Assembly (NCBI GenBank): GCA_003971905.1
Contig: RSEE01000053.1
Location: forward strand, 186,001 to 250,000
Direction: 5' to 3'
Length of the DNA stretch: 64,000 bases
DNA from: Moniliella sp. 'wahieum'
Lineage: Eukaryota
Part shown: piece after piece, positions 26,474-39,908 of the stretch
How the letters are laid out: each line of letters starts with the position of its first letter
Position numbering within the stretch: position 1 is the first letter of the stretch
Notes under the pieces: generated by a model
What the model saw: only the letters and a program-made list of their open reading frames with translations
Told to the model about the DNA's origin: nothing
The model's database searches: none
Program-made: the position numbers and the translations under genes

Positions 26474-28133
26474 TCAGAAACCATTGTTGACCACAATCTG
26501 CGGTCCAGACATAGGAACCACAGACTCGGCCGCGTTGCCGTCCAAGAGATGATTTAGGCTGTTAGAAACTCCACTCTCCTGAGATGGGCCACAAAGGCCC
26601 AACCCACCCACATCCAGATCGACATCACCGGCATCACGCTGATCAAGATGCGTCTCCCCATTCGACGAGGGCAGCGGGGAAATGAAGGTGCACGGTGTGA
26701 GAGGCCCTTCGTCGTCTTCATCAGCACTGACCGCCGACATCGACCGTGGTGTGAGCCACAAACTTGGGGTGGGCGACATCGCCTCTCCCCCAAACCAGGA
26801 AGGGCGATGGCATCACCGTGAGGCGGTGTAGAGACGGGCAGCGGTAGCAAGGCACCGGTCCTCCTAGGGGAAGGAGTAAGGAGCATCTGGCTAGTAGAGC
26901 GTGGGCGTTGGAAGGCGCCCCGAACGACGGCGTAGGCTTGTGAATGCTTACGATAGAGGATACCCGATAGACTATCCTTAGCGAGGTGATGGTAAAGTAA
27001 AGTAGCGGCCTCTGCCGCCTCGGCGTCGAGCACATGCGTGGCGTGTAACACCGTCGCCGATAGAGGTTCAGACGAAGAGTGAATGAGTTGAGCAAGCCAA
27101 AGACTGGCCCGCGCTACTGAACTGGGAGGAAATGGGACAAGGTCACGGTGGTACAGGCTCAACTCCATGAGCAATCTTGCCACGGCGGCCACATCCGTTT
27201 TGGACGACGCATGTGGCAAATTGCGGCCAAGGTAGTGCGCAACCAGGTCTCATGCGACGGAGTTCCACAAGAGTAATTGAGGGTTGATAAGATGTGGGAT
27301 TCCATCTGGTGGAAGGATGACTCGTCCAGCGAGTTACAGCACATGGTGACCAGCTCACTCGCAGAGGGTACCGTGTCTTTGGCGTCCTCGTACTTGGATG
27401 CAATCCACATAGCGGCAGCGCCCGCAAGCTGATAGTGTTTCTTGAGCACCACCCTCCTACTCAGGTATCGATCCAAAAGACCCATGCTGACAAACAGCGT
27501 TTCTGGCTTAAAGTCAAATGAGGCGTGCATCTCGATGAGAAAGTCGACCAAGAAGGGCCTCATCGCCCATGTCACTTCGGGCTGAGAATCCATCATGGAC
27601 AAATGGGGTTTGTTCTTTTGCTGTGTGCCAAAGTCATTAGTACATACGGGTCCCATCCCGGCAGAAATAAACTTACTTCGAGGCGGGCCATGTGGGCCAC
27701 GATTTTCTGCATACTCATCATCAAAAATGTCGTTCAGGGAAGAAGAGGAGCGTTCAATCTGTTCTCGCCTTGTCAACGGGGGAGATGAAGGTAAAGGGGA
27801 AGAAAGTGAGGTCGTACCGGCAAGCACAGCAGGCTCGGACGAGTCAAATTTTGCACAAGAAATGGAAGTGGCCTCCAGGGCCTGAGGCAAGGGAACACAG
27901 TCTTGAGTAAATCGGGGCGCAAGAGAACAGGAAGTAGGATGAGCGTTGTGGGATGAACCAGAGTTATTGCGACGCATAGCAACAGCCGTGGCCGTGCTCG
28001 TGGAGCCAGAGAGGAGGGAATGGCGCTTAGCCTTAGCCATCAGGCTGCCGCGGCGGGCCGAGTGAGTGGCACTTGACACTGTTTGAGCACTGTGGCTGCG
28101 GGAAAGATGAGTATCGTGGGTGACAGCAATCAT
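26474..28133 (-). CDS. Cyclin, G1/S type (Cln1/Puc1-like)
   Basis: Cyclin box QPEVTWAMRPFLVDFLIEMH...ETLFVSMGLLDRYLS...YQLAGAAAMWIASKYED, followed by a PEST-like C-terminal tail. Frameshifted. Confidence 0.88.
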
Positions 28134-28834
28134 GCTGGCGTGCTGGCAAGAGGAAAGACAGAGATGCTGCGGCGGCGACAGGGGCGAGGGTTTTCAACGG
28201 GTGGGCAAAGGGCAAAGGGCAGCACGCAGTACTGCTTCTGGTGGGATGATGATGGGCGCAGAGGGGGGCAAAAGAATGTGTCGCAGCGGGGGGGCGAGGT
28301 GGTGGCGGGGGGGAGGGCGGAAGGGGCAGAGAGAGACGGAGGAGGGATGGAAGAGAGACGAGGGAGGGAGGTGGTGAGGGAAGCAGAGGAGGCGAGGGCG
28401 GAGGGAGAGGGGGGCGGAAGACGGTGGGGGGGTGGTGTGTGTCGCTGTGTTTTGTACAATGGGGCTGTGGGCGGCAGGCGAAGGCACGCTGCGGTGGAGC
28501 CCAATCGGGTGTGGGACGTCGATTGTGCTGTGCGCTCCACCACGTATCGAATTGCTCGCCCAGGCCATCGGTGATTTGACTAGTGAAGCGAAGCTTGACC
28601 CGGACTAGCTGGAGACAAGAGCAGACCAGACTAGTCTGATCCAGTGCCTATGCCAGTGTCACACATCAGACGTCACGCGTTGCAGCAGACGCAAGCGCGG
28701 AGGCAGTGTGCTGCATCCTCCAATAAGCGCTAAGCGCTAAACCTAAAATACGCTGTTCAGAGGATGTCCCGATCCCGCGCAGCTTGGCGATTGCCATATT
28801 CGCAGGAACATCGAGGCCGGAATGGCCTCCATCG

Positions 28835-28914
28835 ATCCATCCATCCATCCATCCATCCATCCATCCATCCATCCATCCATCCATCCATCCATCCATCCAT
28901 CCATCCATCCATCC
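28835..28914. repeat. (ATCC)20 microsatellite
   Basis: Perfect 80 bp tetranucleotide run. Confidence 0.98.
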
Positions 28915-30217
28915 GGCACAAACCCGTCTGTCAGGCAAACACATCTGCGATCCTCTCTGCGCGTGGCCAACTCCTACCGATGTCCGTCAAAAAGACAACT
29001 CAACGCGCTTTTTCCGATGCCTCGCGCGAGCCTCTGAGGCCCGGAGCTGTCGCAGGCTGACGCCTTCCACAGCCCTCTGTGCACGAAACCATCTCAAAAA
29101 TGCAGTCTCCTTTATTCAGATCAAAAGCTTAGCTTCAAGTACGACTAGGCCTAAAGCTTTAGTACCTTGGGTACTACTGAGAATTGAGTAATTGAGTAAA
29201 ACGAAGTTTTGTTTGGGGGGTTGTGACGTGGGGCGTGTGACGCGTGACGCGCGTGATGTGCATACCTGCACCGCAGTCTGCACTTTGTTTTGTGCGAGAC
29301 AAGATATGGGGGCTGGCGCATTAGGAGAGTCTTGCACTGTGCACAATGAGATGAATTGATCGATCTCAGATCTCATGAATTGCACATGATGCACATGTAT
29401 CGAGTATCATCAATCAGCGCCGAGACTCCGTCAACTCCCCCACTCGCCAACTCTCCAACTCTCCTCCTACCCGGGCAAAGGCAAGCCGGGACAAGCCCCG
29501 GCGCCCCCTCCGGGCCTCCGTTGAGTACGTTTTTGAACGTTGACCGCGCTGAACGACCCATATATCCAGCACCGCCGTCTTGCCAATAAGCAATGTGAAG
29601 GACACTGGACAGGCGCCCAGGATAAGCTCATGTCCCCCGAAGTCGTGATTGCCTACATGCCAGTACCATAATGCCCAACGGGGGTATACGTATCAGTAAC
29701 TAGTAACTAGTAACTGTTGGTAACCACAACATGTAACCAGTAAACTCCCGTTACCGTTTCCTGAGGCCTGAGGCCTCTCAGCGTGGAGTCCTGTGGGGCC
29801 TATAGTAATAGGGCCTGAGTGAGGGGTGGATCGGAGGGCGCTATTGCTGGCAGAGAGGATCGAGCAGCGCCACTTGCTGGATGCCACCCCATCTGAGAGG
29901 ATCTGTCCCCTTTTTGAGTTCTGAAGGGTCTGAGGCGCGGCCTGTGATGGATGTGAAGCTTCTGAAGCTTCAGGCTGAGGCGCGCATCCATCTGATATGT
30001 GAACGCCAGGCTGAGTCGCTGAGAGGCGTCGAGGGCGGCGAGAAGTCCAGAGGTCCTGTGGCAGAGACCTCTCGTGTGGGCAGGATGTGGGTCACTCGTC
30101 TCACACATTACAGGAACGGGGGCACAGCCTAGTACGGCACTGTGTTACAGCCTGAGGCCCCTGAGGCCTGACATATGATACGGCACACTGGACCGACGCG
30201 TACCAAACTCCCTCATT

Positions 30218-30247
30218 CATGTGACATGTGACATGTGACATGTGACA
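30218..30247. repeat. (CATGTGA)4 period-7 array
   Basis: catgTGAcatgTGAcatgTGAcatgTGAca read directly. Confidence 0.95.
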
Positions 30248-32468
30248 ATTTGATATGCTGTGTGGGGCGCGCGGCTCGGATATGCCTGTGTTTTCTCTTC
30301 TCTCGACCCCTCTTACACTCGCTCTGTTTTGCCTCAAGATCCTCGCTCAGGTCAATTATACACCTGGATTCAGTAACACAGAACTCAGGCACTCACAGTA
30401 CTGAGACTCAGTAGTCATCACTTGCTAAATAATATAGGCAGTACTCTTCTCTCGCCATGCTGAACCTGTGTACAAGACGGCTCGATTGAATGAAAAAGCA
30501 AGAGGGCGTACGATGAAGCTTGAAGGACAAGACTACTGCGTAGTGCGCACAACGTAATGGCTCTGTAATAGGAGCCTCGAACGCAATTGCTTATTGCACG
30601 CGGTTCGAAGCCAGATAAAAAGGGCTGGTGTTTTTCACAGCAATGGCATTATTGCTGGCTGTTTTGTTTCTGCCGTATCGCGCTTTCGGTGTAGGTCGCC
30701 GGGAATGGAGTCGGCTTGTTGGAACGGGTAGGAATATTAGCTCACAATCATGTTTTCCGGCCCTATATACCTTCGACACGCAATACCATGCTTAGAGACC
30801 CACATGTATATATGTGTAACACATCGAACCTGTAACAGGTAACACCACCCCAAGTGGAACGGTGAGTCCAGCCTGTCAGCCCGTCCACAACTCTTTTGAT
30901 TGGTACCATTATGCTTAAGCTCCTCGTCAAAAACATCAATATTCCACTTCCACGGTCGCGCATACTGCCCACGTCGCCCGGCCGGACACACTTGAACGCA
31001 TTATCCGTCGGACTCGCCCGACACGAACAAGATTGCGGAGCGCAGTACCAACACAGCATTTCACTTGCGCACTCCGTGCCACCAGTTATTGTGAACAATA
31101 CCCCATTCTCTTTTTGATATGGTATATCACGTGTAACCATCAAGAAGGTCATTTGCGGGTAAAAAAATAATGTTAGAGAGGAAGAGTTGGAAGTTGTTGA
31201 CGATGATGATATGTATACGAAGACATGGCATCACTGACGGTTGGTTTGCGCGATACACACGGGGTATAATTGGTTGATTCGGCTGGGAACAACCGTGGCG
31301 GAAAGGAAGACAAACAGAGATTGCCATGTGGCCACAGAAGAAGACAATCTTATTTTCCCAGATCAGGGGGGCGATGGTCCAAGCCACCTCTCGTGTATGA
31401 CTTCTGCACCACGGGAAAGAGCATGAAATGCACTGAATCTGCCACAGAGTGTTATGCTTCTACTAATGGACACAAACATGATGGGGCAAAGTATAATGGG
31501 GGGGCCAGAAGGATATACTCCCTCTCTGTCGTCACAGAAGGCCATCAGACAACTTTCGATTGGGTTAAGGCCGCATTACTTTTCATGATCCCCACGTCTC
31601 CAAACGTGCAGTGAGTTCACGGAGTTTCTGATTTGGAACGGGCCTTGAAGCTTAATGCTTGGTGCTTGAAGCTTGAAGCTTGATGGGCGAGGCGTAAGCC
31701 ACATGTTTTGTTCACCTTTTTGAGTGGCACAGTATGCAATCACAAAATGGCATATAGATACTCAGCCTCTACCGTTTTGTCGGCCAAGGTTAGTGGACCG
31801 ACACCATAATGATCGCCTCATTTCTTACAGTTGACGGACCTTTGCTGGAACGGGTCAAGTGAGAAAAGGAATACTCCTCGGCTGGCTCCTTCGGGGGAAT
31901 ACGGATTGGCGAGAGATGAGAGGAATGCGGAGTACAACACGCGGCAGCGACCGTGACTTCTGACATCTGATGTCGCACCAAGTGTTGAACTTACACTTTT
32001 CCCTCGGTCTCTGCTTCTCCAGTCGACAGATACGTAGCCTAAGAAGTGATCAGAGTGAAAAAATGGGGGTCGGGCCACCGCGCCCATTCTCTACGGTCCA
32101 TCACAGCTTATAAGCATTGCGCCGCGGCTCTCTCTTCGGCGCCCCAGCAGCTGCATCAACATTCCTCTCGCAGGAATTAGGGCCGTGTGTGCACCATGAA
32201 AGAGGACAGCATACCGTTATCCTCTTTGCCAGAATGGGCCTTGTCGCCCAGCTGTCACGATGGATCAGACAGGGCTGATCTTGTGACTGGAAGAGACGCT
32301 CCGTCAGGCTGCGGCGTAACCTTTGATGTTCAAACTGCTTGAGGACGGGTTGGGTCGGAGGTCCGCTTGGACGGTTCCGGAAAGTTAAAGAGCGCCGCGT
32401 CGGGGTCTACGCGCCGAGGTAGCGAAGGGGGAAAAATATGACGGAGACTTCGTTTCCACAAAGTTCTG

Positions 32469-32611
32469 CTTTGCATCCGTACCATTGACAGAGCTTAAGA
32501 CTGGGACAGGGAGAACGCTACGTCTAAACCGAACCGTTCATCTTGCGGGGGTTGCATGAAAGCGCCACCAAGGTCAAGGAACCAGGGGGATCGCCAGGAT
32601 ATCAGGACCCT
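32469..32611 (+). repeat. Dispersed repeat, copy of 15632-15773
   Basis: Shared collinear blocks with 15643-15773: GCTTAAG..TGGGACAGGG, TTCATCTTGCG, AGCGCCACCA, GATCGCCA.GATATCAGGACCCT. Confidence 0.85.
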
Positions 32612-33160
32612 CCGGTTAACCAGCTTGGGCTTGAATTCGACTTCATGGATTTGATGAATGGAACGATATCGTTGATTCTCACCTGCCTTACATCCGGAGG
32701 GAGCCACCCTACCAATAAACAGTTTCTCCCTCTGACGGATTGGCGTCCTGTCGAAGGCGTTTTGAATTAGAGGCCGATGAAATTGAGCAATACCATGCCC
32801 CACCTACCGCCCAAGGTCCAATGGCCCTCTTTCAGAAGTACGTGAGGCCAACTGGACGATGGCGTCTGCCGATACTTGGGTCTACATGGTCACTTACGAA
32901 TCTCAAGGCAAGCTGAAAGAGTAGGCCAGCATGGCAGCAAATGATTATCTAGATACGACGGAACGCATGAAACGAAAAGAAAGTCTGGTAGCCGAGTAGC
33001 TCGCAAGCCGGCGGTGGCAAGCTCTGGAAACGAGGGAATTGGCAGCCAATCCGGTCGCGAAAGCTCATGGATGCGCTCGAGGGCGATGGCTTGGTTCTCG
33101 ACACGGTGGACGACAGGAAAACGCAAATAGGGTACATCGGCCCCAACACCAAGACAAGGT

Positions 33161-34472
33161 TCAGCTCATCTCGGGAGATTCGGCGGAAGGCTCTGCGGCG
33201 GCAAGTTGACGGTTGATTGGGGCCAGCTCGTCATCGCGCCATAATTGAAGTTCCGGGTAGGCGCGCTTGACGTTGTACTCGGCGCCCATGGCCATGAGAC
33301 AAATGAAAGGATTGGTGACCAGTGCCAGGATGCCGCATAGGTGCACTTGATGGCGGGACCTACCCAGGTGTGAGCCATTTGGTGACCAGTCCAGATCGGG
33401 GCGACAATACAGAGGGAAATGCCCCAGAATGGGGCCCAGACCACCAACGCCGAAATTCCAAGGCCCTGAACGATGGTCCAGAGGAAACGCTGGAAACGCT
33501 GGTTGAAGCTGATGGAGGGGGCAAGAATGTCGTTGCGCTCCGTGCCGCAAAAGATAAAGCGGATGAACCAAAGGCAAAATGCCTTGAATTTGCCTGTCTC
33601 GGCTGTGACGAGCGGGCCCATGGGAAGGGACTGCCCGGCGGCACCTGTGAGGGCAGACGGGTGCCGAGGAACTTGGTGCCTTGGGGATTCGGAGTGGAAG
33701 GGAGGTGCAAGAGATAGGGCCAGGGCCGGCTAAGAGGTGCCACCACACCCTTGTATAAGTCGCGATGCACCATGGTGGACGTGATGACATATGTGACAGT
33801 GCCCTGGATGAGGATGGTGACGGCCATGTCACCAGCAATGGTATTGTCGTTGAGCTTCCACATGGTGATGTTGTTGTCCTGGTTCTTGCGGTACATGGCA
33901 CAGGCAATGCCAAAGTTGGCCCCAGCCGAGATGAAGACAGCGCCAATGATATGGAAGATGAGCAGGTACCAGCCTTGGCGGGTGTGCAGGCTCAGCGGCC
34001 CAGGGATGCGCCACATCTGCCACCACGAAGGCTTGACTGGGTCAATGCAGCCACTATCAGGCAAGGGCGCGCCAAAGGCCAGTTTTTTGCCCGCTAGCCC
34101 AAACTCTTCCGGCCGCTTGTGCACACCCGGCGAGGAGCGCCATCGGCAAAGACAGGTTGTTGGGGCTGCTGCTTCTCCACGTCGGACGTGGCAGCATCGA
34201 AGGGGTGGACGAGAGGGGCGCTGAGGGTGTGTGTTGGCGTCGGCATCCGGAGGAACAGAGTAAGGCTGGGGTGGCTTGCCGGAGACGCTGCTGCCGCGCG
34301 GCATCTGAAAGGTTTGTTTAGGGGAGGCGGCATCAACGAGAGTGGCGCCGCCCTCGGAGGCACGGGGCGGGCCCACGGGGGGTGGGGTGAGGGCGCGCGA
34401 GGAGGCGTCGGCAAAGACGTCGTTGGCGGACGAGGAGCGGGACGCGGCAGGTGGACTGTCGGGCGCCGTCAT
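33161..34472 (-). CDS. Fungal multi-pass membrane protein of unknown function
   Basis: Long ORF with coding-like codon usage and hydrophobic segments (FHIIGAVFISAGANFGIACAMY, GDMAVTILIQGTVTYVIT). Continues through frameshifts to ILALVTNPFICLMAMGAE. Confidence 0.7.
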
Positions 34473-35457
34473 GGTGGGGGAAGGCGAAGGAGATGGTGGG
34501 GGCAGGGAGGGGGGGGTGTGGTGTGGCATTGGGCGAAGTGGATGCCACACGAAAGCCAGGGCTCAGCTTGGGCGCAGCGACCAGACTGGCGCGCTGCGCG
34601 CTGGCGCGCAAAAAAAACGAGGGATCTACGGGAGAGATCAACAATGCTCGGCCAGAGCGGTGAGCCTGCGTGGGCATTCGTTTGTCTTCATTCAGCGCGC
34701 ATTCAGTGCTCAGCGCCTGAATGCTAAGGCTGAGCTCAGCCAGAGCGCCTGCGCTGCTGAGCCCGCGCGTCTGACGCGGGCCTGTTGGCCTGTGGCTGCT
34801 GTCTGGTGCTGTCTGGTGCTGTCTGGTGCTGGTAATTCCCAATTACTGGTGTCGTTCCGCTGTTCTGTTTTACGCGCTGCGCGCTACGGGCCATTTCGGA
34901 TGCGTTCTGCCTTGGGCATTCTCATGTTGCTATTGCAAATTGAAATGTAAAAGCACTCGTGGTCACATCACGTGTCACACACCAACTACCACTAGCACAT
35001 GCCCTCAGCGGCAGGCTCATGCATCGCGTCACCGGCACCATCCAACTCAACGTCCAACAAACGTCATCCGCCTCAGGCCGCCACCCCAGTCCCTCGGGCC
35101 TCAGGCCGGTCAGGCGTAGTCGCTGGCCATCCAGCAGTCGTCGAACACCGCCCGGACAGGCCCACCTAGCTGCTCCGCCTGCCGCTTTGGTATCCTGACC
35201 TACCCAATCCCATCAGCCACTGCTCAGCGCGGAACTAGCCCCCTCGACTTTGTTGGCGGGGAACACTACATCAAGCTTCAACAGGTATAGCGTCTGGAAA
35301 AAAATATACATCGAGCCTGGCCCGTCCAGAGCCAGGAGAGGAACATGGGGGGGTCAACGTTCAACGTGACCGACGTGATCAACAAATACACCAAGCGCAC
35401 CGACAGTTCGGCCGCAGCAGCCATTGGGAAGCAACATGCCCAAGAGAACCAGCGGGG

Positions 35458-38400
35458 CTACGCATAACTCTCCAGGTTGAGTGTCAAGGTCGCGGACGAG
35501 TTGACTGCCTGATCGCGATAGATGCCCACAAGCGCTTGCGAGCGTTCATACAACGATGCCTTGAGCGAGATGACGATGAACTGGAACGCATCATTCGCGT
35601 GCTGCCGAATGTAATCGCTGACCTTGGCTACGTTTTGCGAATCCAGCGCGGCATCCACCTCGTCCAATACAAAGAACGGCGCTGGCTGGTAGGAGTGGAT
35701 GGCAAACAAGAGGGCCAACGCGGCCATCGTTTTCTCCCCGCCACTGAGTTGGTCCATGTCACGGAAACGCTTCATGGGCGGCATGGCGTGGTACTTGATC
35801 CCGCTCAGGTACGGTTCTTCTGTATCTTCCAACGAGAGGTAGGCAATGCCACCCATGGGAGCCGCGCGGCCTTTGGTGAGCTCCTTGTAGATCGGATCGA
35901 TGCGCTCAGAGATGTGGCGGTAGGCCCGATTAAACAGTTCACACCGCCGCCGCTTGATCCGCGCAAACTCGTCCCTGGCCTTCTTGGCTTCACGGCGGGA
36001 GCGCTCAAACTCTTGCTCGGTCTGAGCCAACTTAGTCTCCGTATCTCCCAGACGCTCATTGGCCTTCATGTTGGGCACCATACGATCAATCTCCGAGTTT
36101 GCCTCCTCAATTCGCTCGGAAAACGTCTGCTCCATCTGCTCCGAGCCATCCCGCTTTTCTTCGTCGGTCAAGTCGTCATACTCGACCGAATCCCGTAGTC
36201 GCGAATGTGAATAGGCTTGGTCGAGTCTTGGTCCAAGTCCATCGCCTCTTCTTCGTCCGCGGCATTCATCAGCGGCACACTGGCCAAGTCGCCCCGGCTC
36301 AAGGGCAAGTCCACCACTTCCAATCGGCAGCGGCGGTAGACATCAAGACGGTCCGAACCCAGACGTGCGATGGTGTCGTTACACGTGGCGATTTGCCGAT
36401 GGGCGCTGTCGAGCGCGCGGATGGCCTGGGAAGCACTCCGCTTGGCCACAGACAAGGCTTGCTTGGCCTCGTCATGTTCCGCCTGGAGCTGCATGAGACG
36501 GTTTGAGGCAACCTGGCTCTGTCGCTGCAGTTCCTCCACCTCGGACAGTGTTGCGTCCCGCTGCGCCTCGGCAGCTTCCATCTTGCTCCGTTCCTTCTCG
36601 ATCGACCGTGCCAACGTCTGCAACCGTTCCTCTACGCCAGCCACCGTCTGCAGCTCAAAGTTGAGCTGGTGAGTGATACGCTTGACGTGCGTTTCAGATT
36701 GGAGCCGGGCAGCAGCTTGGGCTTCGAGCAGACGGACTTGTCGTTCCTCATAGGCACGGATGTGGGGAACCCCAATCCGCTCGCAAAAGTCACCAAACAC
36801 GTCATCCTCCGCAGCGGCAATCGCGGCCCGTAAACCACTCGTCCGGGCCTCCTCGGCAGCTACGGCGGCTTTTGCCTCCTCAAGTTGAGGCGTAACCTGC
36901 TCCAGCTGGGCTTCGGCCACAGATTCCTCCTCGGCCAGGTCAGCCAATTTGCTCTCCAACGCACGCACCTCGTCCCGCACCCCGGCAATTTCAGCTTCAA
37001 TCGTTCCAATTTGCCCAGTGATGCTGCTGTCGTCGCCCAGGGCAACTTTTCGCTTTTGCAGTCCTTGAGCTCAGCATGCGCCGTGTCCTTTTGCCGCTGC
37101 AGTCCCATCAGTTCCTTTTCATCCCACCGCCGGGTTGGTGCCTGGTGGTCTTGTCCACCGGTATAAGACCACTTTTGTGAATGATGGTGCCCTCGAGGGT
37201 GACCGCCTTGCCCTCTTGACGGTGCTCGTATGCGACCTTGCGCGCAATGGACATGTTATCACATACGAGCGCATTCCCGCATGCGTGCTGGACTGCACGC
37301 AGAACAGCAGGGGGGAAACGCATCACGTCGATGGCCAAGCGGGCACCTTTGACCAAGCTGCGGAGACGATCGTTGATGGGTTTTACTTGGATGGTGTCAA
37401 GGGGGATGAAAGTAGCTTGACCGACGCGCTGGTTGCGCATGTACTCAATGCAGTCGATCGCTGTTTTCTCATGGTCGACCACGATCGCGTCCGCGTTTCG
37501 TCCCAGGACGGTTGAGATGGCTGTGCCATATTTTGCTTGCGTCGGTTCACACAGGTCAATGATGCGCCCCCGGACGCCGGGAAGAGACGTGTGAGAGTCG
37601 AGATGGTCTCTCGCATTCGTACCGCGCGATCCGACTCGCGCTGGTCCCGCTGAGCTTGAAGAAGACGGTTAGCGTCTCTTGGAGGGATTGCTGCAACACC
37701 CGTTCCCTTGACCGAATCTCCTCCCGCGCTGTGCGGAGCTGCTCCGCCTCAGCCCGCGTGCGGGCCAGCTCAGAATCTAACTGGGAGAGACGCACTTCGG
37801 CATCCGACCGAAGGGGGCGAAGACGATCTTGTTCCTCTTGCAGGCGCTCCCGCTGGCTGGACAGCACTGCAGCCTTGTCTTCCAAGCTTCGGATCGCTTC
37901 TGTCGCGGCGCGCAGCGAGCGCTCCATTGTGGCAAACTGTTGCCGTTCGGGAAGGGCGCGGCCTTCGGCAATGGCCTTGAGCTCAAGATATCGGCATGGT
38001 CTTGCTCATTGAGTGCCAGACCGGCAGCTTCGGCAGCCGCCTGACGACGCGCCTCTGCAGCTGCAGCTGCAGCCTGAGCCGTCACACGATCAGCTTGTAG
38101 TTTGGCGACCTTATCCTTGTGTTTGGCCAAATCAGCTTCAACGCGCTCGCGACGTGAGCGGAATTCGCAATAGCGCGTCGCGAATAGTCAATGCGTGTCT
38201 CGGCAGCTTCCAATCGAGGCTGTGCCTCGCTCAACTCAGCCTGGGTTCGCTTGATTTCGGTTTCTTGAGCCAGAATGTCGCGCTGCACACGTCCCGGCAG
38301 TACGGGCGGCCATGACGCTCTGTTCTTCGTCTCCAGCTCGGTCTTGCAGTTCGGCAAGCTGGGCGCTCAGGTTTTCGATCGTCTCGGTTTGGCGGGTCAC

Positions 38401-39204
38401 GTCCTGGTCGATGTGAAAGAGTTTCCAGAGCAGGTGTTGACGAACGAGGTCGTCTTTGGCATCGAGAAGCGCTTCGTATCGTTCGGCTTCGCTCTTCTGC
38501 TCGCGGAACTGCTTGATCTCAGAGTTGATGCCCCGACGCTTGTTGAAGGCAAACGTGGAGTTCTCGTGGCCTTATCCATGGCGACCTTGGCTTGCTCATA
38601 CTCGTCGCGGAGATCGAGGGATCCACTGATCTGATCTACCAACTTGCTCAGATCCTTGGCGCTTTGGGAGGCAACTGCCTCCACGTCGCCTTGGAACACG
38701 AGAAAGTTCTTTGCCTTGACAAGATGTTGAACTGCATCAGCTTGGCATTGTACTGCGCGTAGGAAGTGACGCGGCCATTCAGGCGGTACTCGCTGCCGCC
38801 TGTGAGGTAAATGCTAAGACATCAAAGGTGGGTCAATGACCAGAGGGACAGAGCAAGGAGAGAAACTCACGTGCGCATGAACTCGTGCTCTGCGCCGCGG
38901 CCATCGCGATAAATGGCCTTGACCGAGGGCGCTGGCCTGAACCCTGGCCGCGCGGAGCGGTGGCCTGCTCGTCGTCGGAGGCATCGTCGTCCTCGTCGCG
39001 GCGACCGCGGTAGATGAGATCGCGGAGCTGGCTGGAGCGCAGCTGCTGGCTCTTGACACCGAGGACGAAGGAGATGGCGTCCATGAGATTGGACTTGCCG
39101 CTGCCATTGGGGCCAATGACACAGCTGAAGGAGTAGAAGGGCCCGATGATCTGCTTGCCGCGGTAGCTTTTGAAGTTCTCCGTCTCGAGACGGACGAGAG
39201 GCAT
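35458..39204 (-). CDS. SMC1: Cohesin subunit Smc1
   Basis: [16 protein letters not shown]...[19 protein letters not shown] (Walker A), hinge [50 protein letters not shown]. Intron 38814-38870; frameshifted. Confidence 0.97.
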
Positions 39205-39908
39205 GGCGGGCGGTGCTCAGTGTGCGGCGTGGGTGGTGGCGGTGCGGGTGGTGGTGCGGGTGCTGTGCTGGTGCGGGTGCGGATTGGAGGGCGCGGCAGG
39301 CACGGTGGATGGTGCGGGCGAAGGAAAGCGTCAGACGCGGTCTGGGTGGGTTGGGCGCGTGCGGAGAGGCAGACGCGTTGCAACACTGCGCCTGGCCGCT
39401 GAGCCGAGCGGCGCTGGATGCGTCTGCTGCGCGCGTGCTAGGGTTGTGCCAGGCGCCTGCGCGCGCTGGAGTGGCGCAGGGCGGATGCCAGTGAAATTGA
39501 CGGGGGAGGATTAAATATTACTATTAATCACCGGTGGCGCATGACAGGATGCATGACGCGTGACGCCACAAGCACCTGGCCGTGAAATGTTGCAGCGGTG
39601 GATCGTCGGGTGTCGGGGCTGCCAGGGCGCGGCGCATGGCCAGCGGCCAGCAGTCACAGCAGCCGCCTGTCCCACACGTGGCGCCGCAGGCGCCAACGCA
39701 TGACACTAGCAGAGCGACGATCAGCAGCACCTAACCCTCCGCTGGGCCTCGCTAGCTGCTGGTTGCCAGTGACTAGTGACGTGTGTCGAGCCTCTGCTGC
39801 CCATCGCCTCCGCCCACCCGCCCACCCGCCCCCCTCCTGCCCGCTCCGCTCCACGCGCCGCCTTCCGCGGCGCATCCACTCGCCCCCAGCACGGGCTCTC
39901 TGCTCCCC

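Noticed and set aside
28666..29191. ORFs with WMDG/PSIH repeats
   Set aside because: These are translations of the (ATCC)20 microsatellite.
30540..30620. tRNA suggested by GGTTCGAA at 30602
   Set aside because: No T-stem, acceptor stem or D-arm pairing could be formed.
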